64,000 nt of DNA from Paraspadella gotoi (taxonomy: Eukaryota > Animalia > Chaetognatha), in assembly GCA_051294375.1 (NCBI GenBank), contig CM119267.1:15101083-15165082 (forward strand), read 5' to 3'. Under the pieces are notes generated by a model. The model searched no databases. It was not told the DNA's origin and saw only the letters and a program-made list of their open reading frames with translations. Position numbers and translations under genes: made by a program. Below, one piece after another: positions 10,034 through 22,500 of this stretch. The stretch's first letter is position 1. Each line of letters starts with the position of its first letter.

Positions 10034-13000
10034 TTAAACAATCCCAGATTCTTTTGCCAAGGAGTAAAACATGCTTGATTCATCTCTGAGAAGGGCTTTA
10101 GGATCGTCATATTCTTTTATACTTCCGCGGTCTAAAGCCAGTATTTTATCATAATCCAAGATTGTATTAATTCTATGAGCAATTGTAAGTACGGTACAGT
10201 CTTTGAATTCTTTCCTTATCGTTGCCTGAATAAGATCGTCTGTATCCAAATCAACGGCGGCTGTGGCTTCATCCAAAACAAGGATTTTCGACTTTCTCAA
10301 CAAAGCTCTGGCAAGGCACAAGAGTTGTTGTTGCCCAGAAGACAGATTGCTACCGTACTCAGCGCAGAGGTGATTCAGACGTTCTGGCACGTTGCACACA
10401 AACTGTTTAAGGTGGGCCATTTCAAGCGCGTCCCATATAGTGGCATCGTCGTGACGACCGAAAGGATCTAAATTTTGACGCAAAGTGCCGGAGAAAACAA
10501 CGGCGTCTTGCGGAATGATGGAGAGACTGGATCGCAGGTCATAGAGACCCATCGACGACGAATCATGGGAATCAATTTTGATATTTCCCTTTGAAGCTTC
10601 AATTAGTCGAAACAAAGCCTTGGTGATGGTCGATTTACCAGCGCCAGTTCTTCCGACGATGCCGACTTTTTCTCCGGATTTAACTTTGAAAGTCAATTCT
10701 TTCAAGACGTCGTCGAGATTTTCTCGATATCGGGCGCTGAAGTTTTCAAAATCCAAACAACCGGATTTTATTTCTCCGTCCGTCGTTGAACTTCTTCTTT
10801 TGCCCTCAGTTTTGAAGGAAGAAAATTCTTCAAGACGTTCGACGGAAACTAAGTCCTGTTCCAACTGAGCCGCGGATCTTATGGCGCCTCCCAATCCGTT
10901 GCAAACTCCAAAGGAGAACGTGAGAGAAACGCCAATGATACCAGCAGTCGTCGCGCTGCCCAATACCGATAACAAACCGCAAAATAGAAGAACGAAAGTC
11001 GACGTTAGATAAATAAAAAATGATAACCACAAGTTTGACGTGCGGAAGGTGAATTCGGTTTTGCTGTATTCGTCCAAATGCCCGTGCCACTTTTCCAAGA
11101 AGTCATTTTGTTTTTCAAAAGCGCGAATAGTAACCAATCCCAACTGCGTCTGAGAAAAGTGCGACAACACGAAGGACAATGATGTCGATTTTAATCTTCT
11201 CACTTGCCTAGATGCCGGAATGTACATTTTATTGAGGAGGCCAAAAAAAATAAACAGCACGGGCACCAGAGTTAAAATCCATGGCTGAATGAAGCATATT
11301 ACAGCAATCAACAAGCATACCACTATCACAAATTGAAAAACATTGAGAAGAGTCGTATTTATCCTGCAATCTACGGCATCTATGTCGCTTGAGAAGCGAT
11401 TGATGATTCTCCCCAAAGGAGTTGTTTCAAAAAAGGACATTGGGTATTGCATTATTTTCGTTGAGAGCCGTTCATGAAAATAATATGACGATTTTGCAGT
11501 TCCAATGTAATCGGCTACTCTTCGTCCGACTACCAAAATACAGGCAAGAGTTGAAAATATGTTGTAAATCAAAACATAAAGATTAGTATTCATTGAACGA
11601 TCATCCAAATGTTCAGACATTTTTGTAGAATTCGTCTGATTACCTTTTTGAACGCGAGACACATCATCTGTCCATTTGGCTAACCAGATTCCAATTAAAA
11701 TTTCGAACAACTGGCAAAAAAAGATGGAAACCATGCCGCCTACGCAAACTCTCCATCCCAATGCTTTGATAAAATTCCAATAAACTGAAAAATTGACTGA
11801 TCCCGATTGATTTTCTTCTTTGCCAATTAACATTCCATTTTCATTCAAGGATTCTTTTTCAATTTCTGTCGAGACGACTGGGTGTTCTTTATAGTTTTCT
11901 TCATTAGCTGATTTGTACTTTTTTGCTAGAGCTGAAAAATATCCATTTTGTTGAGAGAGTTCTTCATAACTACCAACTTCACATATTGTTCCTTCGCTTA
12001 AAAAAACTATTTTGTCCATGGTGGAAGAAAAAGTCAGATTATTTGATACAAGAACTCGACTTTTGTTCCTAAGCAACCCCGACGGACCAATAACCCGATC
12101 AAAGATGTGTCTCCCAACGTGAGCATCAACTGCAGATAAAGGATCGTCTAATAAATAAAGATGAGCGTTGTCGTAAACGGCTCGGGCAAGAGCTACACGC
12201 AGTTTTTGTCCTCCTGAAAGATTGACGCCCTTTTCGCCGATTTCTGTTTCATCACCTGCAGGAAGGACTTTCAAATCTGGAAGAAGAGCGCATGCTTCAA
12301 GGACCAACTGGTATCTTTTCTCATCAAGTGGTTTTCCAAAAAGGATGTTGTTCCGCAGGCTAGCATTTTGAATCCAAGGTTGTTGACCAACAAAAGCAAC
12401 GCTTTTTTCTCTGTAAACATTTCCACAGGTTTGTATCATTTCTCCAAGGAGAGACATCAAAAAAGAAGATTTTCCGGAACCAACCTGCCCCACGATCATA
12501 GCACTCTCGCCTTTCTTCAAATCAAAGTTTATAGACTTTAAAGTGGGTTCTAAGTTATCACCCCATTTAAACTCACCATTGAATAATTGGATGCTAAACT
12601 CATTGTTGATTGGCTCGATGAAATCATCAGAATATTCTTCTCGTCTCATGAACTTGTCTATTCTTTTTGAAGCCACCCACACTTGAACACCTTGTACTAT
12701 GCATTCAGGCAGCCACAGTAAACGATCCTTTAAATTTGTGAAAAGTCCTAAGGATACAAACACAATCTCAGGGCTGAGAGATTTGCCAGATATAAGTGCA
12801 AAGACAGAAATAGAAACAGCTTGAGCTAATATTGCAGACAGTTGAGTTGTGAAACTATTTAATATATCATATCTCATTACTTTTTTGCGCATGTTAATCT
12901 CAGTTTTTCTCACGTTTCTTATCTTTTCCAAAAATGCTTCTTCCCAAGCATAAAGCTTTAGAACCTGAATTCCGTTGAGTATTTCATTGATAATCTTGAC

Positions 13001-15233
13001 TCGAGAATCTTTGATTTTCATGTATTCACTCTGATTGGCTTTTTGTTTGCGTGTGATAAGTATGGTTGTAGGCACCAAGACACATAGCAACACCAGGCCA
13101 GTTAAAAAAGATGGCCCAAGTTGTTGCCATAATAGGTAAACATAAATAACCAGTTCTGCGGGAATGATTAATCCTTCTAGAAAAAAAATCAGATAGAAAA
13201 ACTTAGGTGAATCTTGGTTGATGAGGTTGACCATTTCACCCACTGTTGATTTTTGTCTTGACTCAACAGACAGTCGCAAGCTTTTTGAAAACACGGCATT
13301 TTTCAACGTTCTATCAATCTTTAGGCCCAAAAATGTTCCACACCATATGTAAAAGACAAACGTGGAGGCCTCCATGAAGTTACAAACAGTCAGAGTAATC
13401 ACATAAAGGACTCCTTTCCAACCCCATTCTTCCATAAAACCACTCATTTCTTTTCGCCGCTCCAAATGCTTTAACAAAATTCCCAAAATCAACGGCTTGA
13501 CGATCTCAAAGACGATGCGAAGGCATTGAAGCATCGCCAAAGAAAAAATATTCCATTTAAAGCCAGATAAAACAGTTCCACAAGCGGATTTTGCCAGCCA
13601 ATGGAATCCTCTGGACCTTCTTAGTTCTGCCTTCTTGATCCCTGATCCGTCATCCAATATCAAATCTTCCAAATCTTCACTTTTAAGAGAAACACCCAAA
13701 GAATTTTTTCTGTTATTCTTGGATTTTAAAACAAAACCCCCGTGATTAGCTCGACGAGTCGGCACTGTCGACCTCCATCTTGAATGAAAGACATCGGACA
13801 AATACTGACTCTTGCAATCCGGTGGAATGTCGTCCAGGTCTTCTTGAACCAGTTCTTTTTTGTAGCCGCGAATGAGGAACGGAGTAATCCAGGCATAGAC
13901 CAGGCGGGATGCCGTGCTTGCCTGTAAGAATTTTTTTTTTTAATTTTTAGCAACTAAACCCAGAAACAAGGTTAAAAATATGAATTTTATTTAAACAATA
14001 GTTAGTAAATAAAAAAACTTACCTTGTCAAACGGAGATTTTGATCGTGGAACGGAAAGGTTGAAGCAGTTGAGAAAGAACATCGCGATCGAAGCGACGGA
14101 GACAATGGCCGCGCAGACGCCGTACTCAAAATCTAACTCCTTTTCCCCCAGCAGCCGCTCGTCCACTTCATCCTTTGATGTTAAGTTCGAAGCCACTGGC
14201 CACGATCCTAGCTGCAGCGCGGGCAGCGTCTGCAGCAGCACTACCGACTGTAGAGACGACGTCAAAGCCCAGAAAAAGAACAACAACAGCCCCAGCGGGA
14301 ACGAGGCATCGGCGGCCTCTCTGAAGGCGACGAACAGAGCCAAAGTGGTGGAGAGAATAAGGAGCTGTGGAGAAACCAGGGCGAAGGGCGGAAGAGACGA
14401 GCCGGTAAAGGTGCGCATGTGAAGTGACAGGAGGGCGGCGGCTGCGGCGGCGATGGCGCAGCTGAGCAGCAGCTTGACCGCCAACCAGAATTTGACGCGG
14501 GGCGGAAATGATCGCCAGGATGCGGCGAAGGGGCGGCGGCGGACCAAACTGGAAATGAAGCCGAAGGAAGGTTAAATTAGCTAAGTTGTAGAGGAACCGG
14601 TTATAAAAATATCAGTGGCCAAAACTGAAGGTTTTAAAAATATCAGTGGCCAAAACTTGTTTTTATCTTAGAAGGAATGATATTTTTTTTAAACTGAAAC
14701 CACAGATTAGCAGAAGAAAAGAATGATTTAAATTATATCATTATCTTTGGGGCCTTAACCCGCCATAGTTTGTCCGAAGTCAATGGCCAGGATAGCTAAT
14801 TATCAAATGAATAAATAATTTTTGGTATCGGTCATGCCAATTTTAAAAATTAATTAGTTGTTAGTCTTAGGATGTTAACTTACTTCCCCAACGAGGCCAG
14901 GACGCCGATAATCAAAAAGAGACCAGGGATCCAAATCGGAGCCGAATGAAGGAGGCAAAAGGAGAAGCGAGGCGATCCCGTGTTCCAACTCTCGTCCCAA
15001 TCCCACAACACCCCGGCGCCGCAAAGAGGCCGGAAGTAAATGTCATCCTTCGAGGAGGCTTCCCCGGCGCCAGGGGTCGCTGGGCCATTGGTGGTGCTGG
15101 CCATTTCGTCGATTGCAATGATGGTGGAGGCGTTAGTTGCGGTTATGATGGGCGGGTCTGTCGTGGACGAGATTTGGGCTCCGGATGATGAGATGGCGTC
15201 AGTTGTGGCGTTCAGGATGAAAAAGTTCGTCAT
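10034..15233 (-). CDS. ABCC-subfamily (MRP1-like, long form with TMD0) ABC transporter, 3 exons, 1587 aa
   Basis: Exons 15233-14884 (350 nt; LCGAGVLWDWDESWNTGSPRFSFC resembles the MRP1 N-terminus), 14548-14023 (526 nt; TMD0 helices) and 13921-10034 (3888 nt). Exon 3 holds the lasso ASTASRLVYAWITPFLIRGY, TMD1, NBD1 (GQVGSGKSS/LSGGQ/YLLDDPLSAVD), TMD2 (FFETTPLGRIINRFSSD) and NBD2 (GRTGAGKST/LVLDEATA/TIAHR). Introns are GT-AG with phases 2 and 0, giving 4764 nt in frame. Confidence 0.96.
14605..14657 (+). repeat. Short direct repeat (AAAAATATCAGTGGCCAAAACT x2) in ABCC intron 1
   Basis: Two identical copies about 31 bp apart. Confidence 0.8.
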
Positions 15234-15481
15234 GGTGCAGATGGTTTAAATTGGACTCTGCTGTTGGAAGGATGGTAACATTTAATTTATGGGAGAGAGA
15301 GAGAGAGAGAGAGTAGAGAGAGAGTAGAAGAAAGAGAGAGAGAAGAAGAGAGAGAGAGAAGAGAAGAGAAATTTTATTTCCGCCCGAAAAACGAAAATTT
15401 TCCGTTTGGTGAAGCAAGAACTATTTACCTTTTTTAAAATTAAATCATAAGAATAATTACAATAACTCGTGATCGTTAAGG

Positions 15482-15544
15482 AAAATTATTTGTTTGTTTT
15501 AAATCGCGATCAAAATTATTTGTTTGTTTTAAATCGCGATCAAA
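15482..15544 (+). repeat. 30-bp tandem duplication (AAAATTATTTGTTTGTTTTAAATCGCGATC x2)
   Basis: Two adjacent identical units upstream of the ABCC ATG. Confidence 0.85.
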
Positions 15545-15644
15545 TTTTTTTGATCTTTTAAACCGAAAACAGAGAAAATCTCAGCGAAGAGCCGGTGTTT
15601 TCAATGGACACGAAAGAGTTGCGCAACATCATCCGCGCTTCCTG

Positions 15645-15681
15645 ATTGGTCTAAATTAGAAGGGGATTCTCTCCCGATTGG
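15645..15681 (-). promoter_or_regulatory. Paired CCAAT (NF-Y) boxes in the probable ABCC promoter
   Basis: ATTGG at 15645-15649 and 15677-15681 on +, 32 bp apart, about 410 bp upstream of the ATG. Confidence 0.5.
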
Positions 15682-16143
15682 TTTCGGATGTCGTCTTGGG
15701 TCCGAAGACCAACATTTTGTACTTAAAAGCAAGTCGGAATGATAAAGAAGAAATGATGCAACATGCGTAAAATGCTATTTTGGGATTTTTTTTTTATAGT
15801 GGCAATGATTGCGAAATAAATGTCTCTGTTTGTTTTTAACTTTTTTTAAGATTTATCTGATAAGTCAAGAAGATTCCATTTCGAAATTTTAAGAAAAGTA
15901 TTTTTTAATTTTCTAAAAATAGATTCATTATTCATATCTGCTTCACAGAAATATAGCCTACATAACAAAGGTAAAAAAAGTAAACAAAGGTTAAAGATAA
16001 AAACCTTCAAAATGCTTTTGATAGAAATTTCTTTCAAGATTACATTTTAGGTTTTCCTAAAATTAGATTAAATCGTGTTAACTTCCTAAAAACTTACAAA
16101 TTGTTTATTGTGTATAAACTATCAATTTCGTTGGGTTTTGAAA

Positions 16144-16331
16144 TTTAGGAGAAAAAAAACAATTTATTTGTTTTTATCAACGAATTGTTTTATTGTTAAT
16201 ACATGTTTCGACTCTTGAGTTTTAGAGTTTTAGAACTGATGAAGACTCTAAAACTCAAGAGTCGAAACATGTATTAACAATAAAACAATTCGTTGATAAA
16301 AACAAATAAATTGTTTTTTTTTTCTCCTAAA
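16144..16331. repeat. Near-perfect inverted repeat: ~85-bp arms, 16-nt spacer
   Basis: 16144-16228 is the reverse complement of 16245-16331 except for the length of one A/T run. Confidence 0.92.
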
Positions 16332-16447
16332 GATTGTTTATTCAAATATAGTGATAAATCAGCAATGAACAAATTCTATGATTCTCTGTTGCTACTTACT
16401 TTCCCCCTCTTTCTCTTCTTCAGTCTTTTCTTCTCCGCTCTCTCTCT

Positions 16448-16547
16448 NNNNNNNNNNNNNNNNNNNNNNNNNNNNNNNNNNNNNNNNNNNNNNNNNNNNN
16501 NNNNNNNNNNNNNNNNNNNNNNNNNNNNNNNNNNNNNNNNNNNNNNN
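16448..16547. other. Assembly gap (100 N)
   Basis: N run. Further gaps at 17527-17728, 21833-21845 and 22506-22932. Confidence 0.99.
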
Positions 16548-19500
16548 CTCTCTTTTTCTCACGCTTTCTCGCATTATCTCCGTCGTGTTTTTATCGCCAG
16601 GATTCTTTATATTCGAGCTGTAAAAAGGGATCGCGTGTTTTTCTTAGCTCCTGAGGGCCGAACCCTTTGCATTTCGCCGTCCATGGGATAATTTACTACG
16701 AGGCCGTCGGAGCTGCGAAGGTTTTTCTTTGCAGCGCGGATGGTGAGTTTGAGTGGGGATGGAGGAGGGTGGGTGAGTGGGGAAATGGGGTGAGTGGAAG
16801 AGAATAAAATAGTGGGAGTGGGCAAGACGGGATGGTAAAACTAAGGCGGTTGATATAAAAAATATTATTGGGGGAGTTAGGAGGGTGAATCAATAAAGAG
16901 GAAACGTGAAAGGAAAGTAAAAAAAAAATAAGAGAAACTGAAAGAAGGAAATAGAAAAGTAAGACGAATCCAGAGCATGAAGAGAAGAAAGTCAGTTACT
17001 TGGTGGAACACAGCTTCATAGATTTTGTCGAAATATCGAAATATCGATATTTAAGAAATATGATTAGTGGTTATTTGATCCAAAAAGTACAGAAAAAAAT
17101 TTTTAAAATAAAAACAAAGAGAGGGAAATGTACCGACAAAAGACGGACTAGCAGACTGACAGTCTTAGAAGAAAAAGCGTCGAATCTCAAAACAACGACT
17201 TCATTTGTTTTTGATCGAAAAGAATAAATCAGTTATTTCCCGTCCAAGAGGTCGGCGTCGGGTTCGTCGGGTCAGGGTCCACGTCATCACCTTTTTTTTC
17301 CTTTCCGCTTTTTCTCACTGAATCAAAATCGCGTCAAGAGGAAAAGAAAAAGACGCGGAAAGATGGAGAGATAGAAAGAGGGAGACGGAGGAGGAATGAA
17401 AAAGTAGGTCGAAGAAAGAGAGATGAAAAAGATTTACAAATAAGGGGTCAAAAAAAAGTATCCCTTGAACAACGGGTAAGTTAAGAAATAGATTGGGGTA
17501 TGTTTATTGTTTAATTAAATTAATTANNNNNNNNNNNNNNNNNNNNNNNNNNNNNNNNNNNNNNNNNNNNNNNNNNNNNNNNNNNNNNNNNNNNNNNNNN
17601 NNNNNNNNNNNNNNNNNNNNNNNNNNNNNNNNNNNNNNNNNNNNNNNNNNNNNNNNNNNNNNNNNNNNNNNNNNNNNNNNNNNNNNNNNNNNNNNNNNNN
17701 NNNNNNNNNNNNNNNNNNNNNNNNNNNNGTGGGGGAAAGAAGAGGGGGCGGCTCTCGATGTTCATCTTTTTTTATCGTCTCCCTCGCGTCTTTTTTTCTC
17801 CCTTTTCCTCGACGGCTGCGGCTGGCTGCGGCGCACGCTGCAGAGTTTGCGGCGGCGACGGCGGCGGCGCGGATCCTGGCGGATGACTCTGGAATCGTTC
17901 GTTTGAAAAAAATGTTTTTCTTCGCTTTTTTTTTTTCTCTTTCTCCTTTTCAACAAATTTTTCTTTCCACAGAGAATCGAAGAGGCGGATAGAGAGAACG
18001 AGAGAGATAGAGCGAAAGAGAGGGAGCAACAGGCATGATCCCTGGAGAGCAAGGGCCTTGGGTGCGCCGCCGCCGCCGCCGCCGACAAAGACTGGGCGCC
18101 GACGAGAGAAGAAAGGGATGAAAAGTATTCCTGAGTTTCGGAAGGCGGTGTGAACGGGGGACGGAAGGCGCCGGCGGCGCGGGTCGGAGATTGGGCGCCG
18201 AGCGGCGTCGCTATTCGCCGAGCGGCGCGCCGCCGCGGCGAAGAATCCCGCGAGAGACGAAAAAGATGGAAGCGGCGGTGGCGGCGCCGAACCCGAGGCG
18301 TCGCTGATCCGTGGCGGCGCCGATCCGTGCCGAGCGGGCGGGCGGGACGTCCGGGAGAAGGGGCGGCTCCGGTTGGGTGAAGACGGTCGGGGCGGACGCC
18401 GCCAGGGATTTTAAAAAGGCGGGGGGGATTAGAGAGGGAAGGTGTAATGGGGAATGGAACGCAGGGAAGGGATTAGGGAATGGGACAAGGGGATTAGGGG
18501 AAGAAGGGGATTTGGTGATTGAGGGATGCGATGATGCACAATGGATAAGAAAGCGGGAAAGGAAGTGGTAATTGAAGGGAGCGAGCGCTATGAATTGTAA
18601 AATGTAACATGTGACATTGACTAAGCGGAAAAATAAAATGTGAAAAAAGACAATTGGGGAGAAGGGAAAAGGGAAAGAAAGTCGCTGGGGGAGCGGCGAC
18701 GGCGACGGCGACGGCGGCGACGGGCGGCGGCGGCGGGGCGGGCGGCGCCAGCGGCGAGAAAAGCGAAGGGCGTCGATTAACAACGGTTTAAGGAGAAGAA
18801 TAAAAACGAAGCGAGGAGATGGAGGGGGCGGGGGCGGAGGGGGGAGGGGGATTAGAGAAGGAAAACGGGGACGAAACATTGGAGGATAAAGTAGGGTCAG
18901 ACTCTTACAAGTAGATAGAAAGCAAAAAAGGAAAAGGGTTAGGCACGACAAGGAACGAGAAGAAAACTGAGGAAAGGAAAAGAAAAAGAAAAGGAACAAG
19001 GAAGAGAAGGAGGCGAGGAAGACAGAAAGAGGAGGCGATAACGAGAGAGCGAGAGAGGAGGCGCGAAAATGAGCTTCCCAGACGGTTTTGTGAAAACTAA
19101 CAATGAGATAAATTAAGCGAGAAAAAAATTAATGATTTACTGCTCTGCGCATAATTAGTCGGTCTTTAAAGTATCTTCGAAAGCATCGCGGGAGAAAAGA
19201 GCGAGGACACTGTCATGGTGAAATGTTTTTTTTTTACAGAATAGGACGCAAAAAAAAAAAAAAATAGAGATTTTGTATGCAGCCAGTCAGATTCAAGATC
19301 CTCTTAATTTTTTTCTACTGATAAGGACGAGCTTTGCTTTTAAATCGAGTTTGACGAAAAAGCAGCTCCTGAGGAAGGGAGGAAAACTCATAGAGTTGAT
19401 ACGCGCTATTTTATTTGATCTATATCGTATTGTTAAATTCAGAACAATGTCTGGTCCAACTTTTCAACCGTATTTAGTATTCACATTTAACGTTTCCAGA

Positions 19501-22500
19501 TTCTCCGTGGTGAATTCCAGTATTAAACGATTCCACTCACTCTACACGATTCCATTCTCGTTCCGGATTCCATTGTTTTGAATTCCATTGTTTCGATTCC
19601 CTTCGTCGTCTCCGCTAAACAGAACCTTCGGCCCCCTCGCTTCTCAGAAGGGCGTCGATGAGAGAGAGGAGCGGAAATGAGAAGCGGGAACCGGAGAAGC
19701 GAATTGAGATGGAATCCTGAGCGATTGGGTTTTGGTTACATCCTTGAAATTCAAATTTTCAAAATTTTCAAACTTTTCAAAAAAAGCTGCCATGTCGTAT
19801 GAGTTAACTTGAATCTGAGATTGAGATTGGCATCGTGAGAATTACTTCATAAAACGGCCAAGGTTATTGACATAAGTTTGTGTGTACGTATCATAATCAT
19901 ACGGTATCATAATCAAAAACTTTAACAAAAGTATTTCACTTAACATTCAACTGTACCACTATGAAGGACGTACATAAGAAGTGGTCTCACTCACCCCGCC
20001 GTCGCACCGCCCCGCCACCCTACCGCCCCACCCTCCGTCGCCCAACCGCCCCGGTCAACCTCGAGTCGGAGACAAAAATTATGATCTCCACTCCATCACG
20101 GCGTTTCTCTGTGACTCTTCGACTAACGCGTTCGGCGCCAGAACTTCCGGTCCTCGCGCCTTTGAATAATTCATTGATCTCGTTAATGCACTTTCGGCCA
20201 CAGTTTTTTTTTTCTTTCTTTTTTTTGTGATGATTGATGAAGTGATTTTTTTTCTGAGTGAACGAAGTCAGCCCAGTCGCGGAACGTGAAAAGTTACATA
20301 TTTAGGCTCGAGACAGGACATGGTGCAGAAATATTTTTTTTTAAATTTTGAATTTCGTTATGAACGTTTTTTAATAAAAAGTGATGTTGAATAATGATAA
20401 TAATAACAGCTCTCGAACTTTACATTTAAAGTGAAATGTTTAATCAGTTTAATGTAAAGTTAAAAGGTTCTAAGAGTAATTATTTTAGAATTATTTAAAT
20501 CAAATTTTTACTAATAAAAAATTACTTAGTATATCTTCATAGATTTGATAGTAAAAAGTACGAAAAAACGTTGCATTTAAACACTGCCGAACCAAGCAGA
20601 ACTTGCCACGGTGCGGAACCGAGTCGCTACAAAAGGAAGAAAAAAAGTTCGCCGAACGATTAAACTCTCTCACCAATTGTGGGCGCGGGCGGTGGGCGCC
20701 TCGAGCGAGAAAAAAAAGAGGCGGACTGGGTGACGAGAAGAGTAATCGACGCTCAGAAGACGTGGATATGTGGGCGCGGTGCTGGGCGCGGTCCGTGGGC
20801 GTCGTTGGGAGAGAGGAGGGAGCAAGGCGCGGGTGAGTGATCCCGGCCGTTTAATGGCCCGAGTTACGGCGCTAATTTCGCGCGGCCCATCTTTTATGCA
20901 TTGGACGGAGGGTTACGGCCTCGGGACTCCATTTCTTGACCGCCGCTACTTTGAAAACCACTTTGGTATATGATGTAAATTAGCTAGGGAATTCTTTCTT
21001 TTTTTTCCTTTTTTTTTAAGAAATGAAACAAAGTTTTTTTTCTGTCTGCAGAAATTGTATAAATTGCATAAATTAATATTTTGTTTCAGTAATTTCATAA
21101 TTATGTTATTTATTTTTTTTTTTTACCATTTTCGATCGTTGTCGATATCTTATCAAAAAATAATAACGCTTTACAAAACGTTCATTCTCTTCCCGTCTCC
21201 GCCATATTTTTTTCTCCTTTTTTCCGATCTCTCCACGAAAACTGCTATTTTGTTTTGGATTCAAATTCACCGTGTCCATCTGTCGACCGATTTTTCTTCA
21301 GTGTTTGTTTTCGTTTCACTCTCTCTTTTTTCTTTCTCCTTTTTTTCCTCATCAGAATTCAAATAAATCTTGGGTCTTCCTCGTCAGAAATTAATCTTGA
21401 TGACAACAAACCAAGTGTCTGCGGAAAATCCAAAACCTGATTCTTCATCTTCTTTCTCCACCTCCGTCGTTTTATATTCTCTCTTCTTTTTTTTTCGTCT
21501 CCTTTTCTTTTATTTGGGAGTCTGTAAGAGGCCGTTTTCTTTTCTTTATATATATTTTCCTTTTTCTTTCTAGAATTTTTTTTCCTATTTCTTTCTCAAA
21601 TTAACAATCGCCGCAAGCAGAAGCAATTACCATTGCAGTTTTCTTACGTATTTTCGAACCGAATAGACCGCTTTTAAAGTTACCTTTTCTTTCCTTTTAA
21701 CTCACTTTCTGACCGACTTCAGCGTTTCTTCCTTAACTAATTCGTTCTCGTCTCCTCTCCCAATTCTTCCTAATCTTCTTCTTCCGGTCTTAACTTTCCC
21801 TTCCTAAACTCACCCCTAATCTTTTATTAACCNNNNNNNNNNNNNCGTATGGTAAGTTAGAAGAAATGAGCGAGTCTGATGGTAATCCGTAGCTGAATCT
21901 GGACAGTAAACACTGGACGAGTTCAAGACTAATCTGACTGGAAATTGCACTGAGAGAAGTATTTAGTTTAGGGCAGCATAAATGCGATGGTTGGATTCTT
22001 TTAGATTTGAAAATGATTTAGCCTAAATTTTAGGAATTATTGTTTAATTGATTTTTAAATGTTTTTTCCTATCAACTCAAAAAGGTAGCAATAGAACAGA
22101 TATGAACTTTTTTGACTTTTATCGATAATGCTAATGTTCAATAAAATAAATCTAGTAATACTTTTACACTTTTTTAAAGTTTTTTTTAAAAAATATGAAT
22201 CGTCTTGCATTTCCGAGAATTTCACCGCTAAAATCTTTCTTCATCCGTTTCTCCCTTCACTTTTTTTTTTCTCAAACAAAATCTTATCCTTTCTCTTGCA
22301 ACACTTGATCCTTTTCAACAAGTGTTCAAGGGGGCGCCTTCTGCTTATCAGTTTGTATTTATTCTCATGCTCTCTGCGATTTCCTTTTTTCTTTCTTCTT
22401 TCGCCTTTTTTTTTCTTTTCTTTTTTCCTACTTTTTTCTTTCTTTATATTTTTTCTTTCTATTTCTTTCTTTCCTTCTTTCCTTCCTTCTTTCTTTCTTT

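Noticed and set aside
10175-11090. Antisense and alternate-frame ORFs inside the ABCC exon
   Set aside because: Shadow ORFs of the real CDS.
15482-15544. 30-bp repeat as a possible CRISPR repeat
   Set aside because: Only two adjacent copies, no spacers, eukaryotic context, no cas genes.
17762-18999. Ala/Pro/Arg-rich ORFs resembling transcription-factor tails
   Set aside because: GC-rich low complexity opens several frames on both strands; no DNA-binding domain or consistent splice sites found.
20903-20924. TGGACGGAG resembles the miR-184 5' end
   Set aside because: The remainder does not match and no precursor hairpin is evident.
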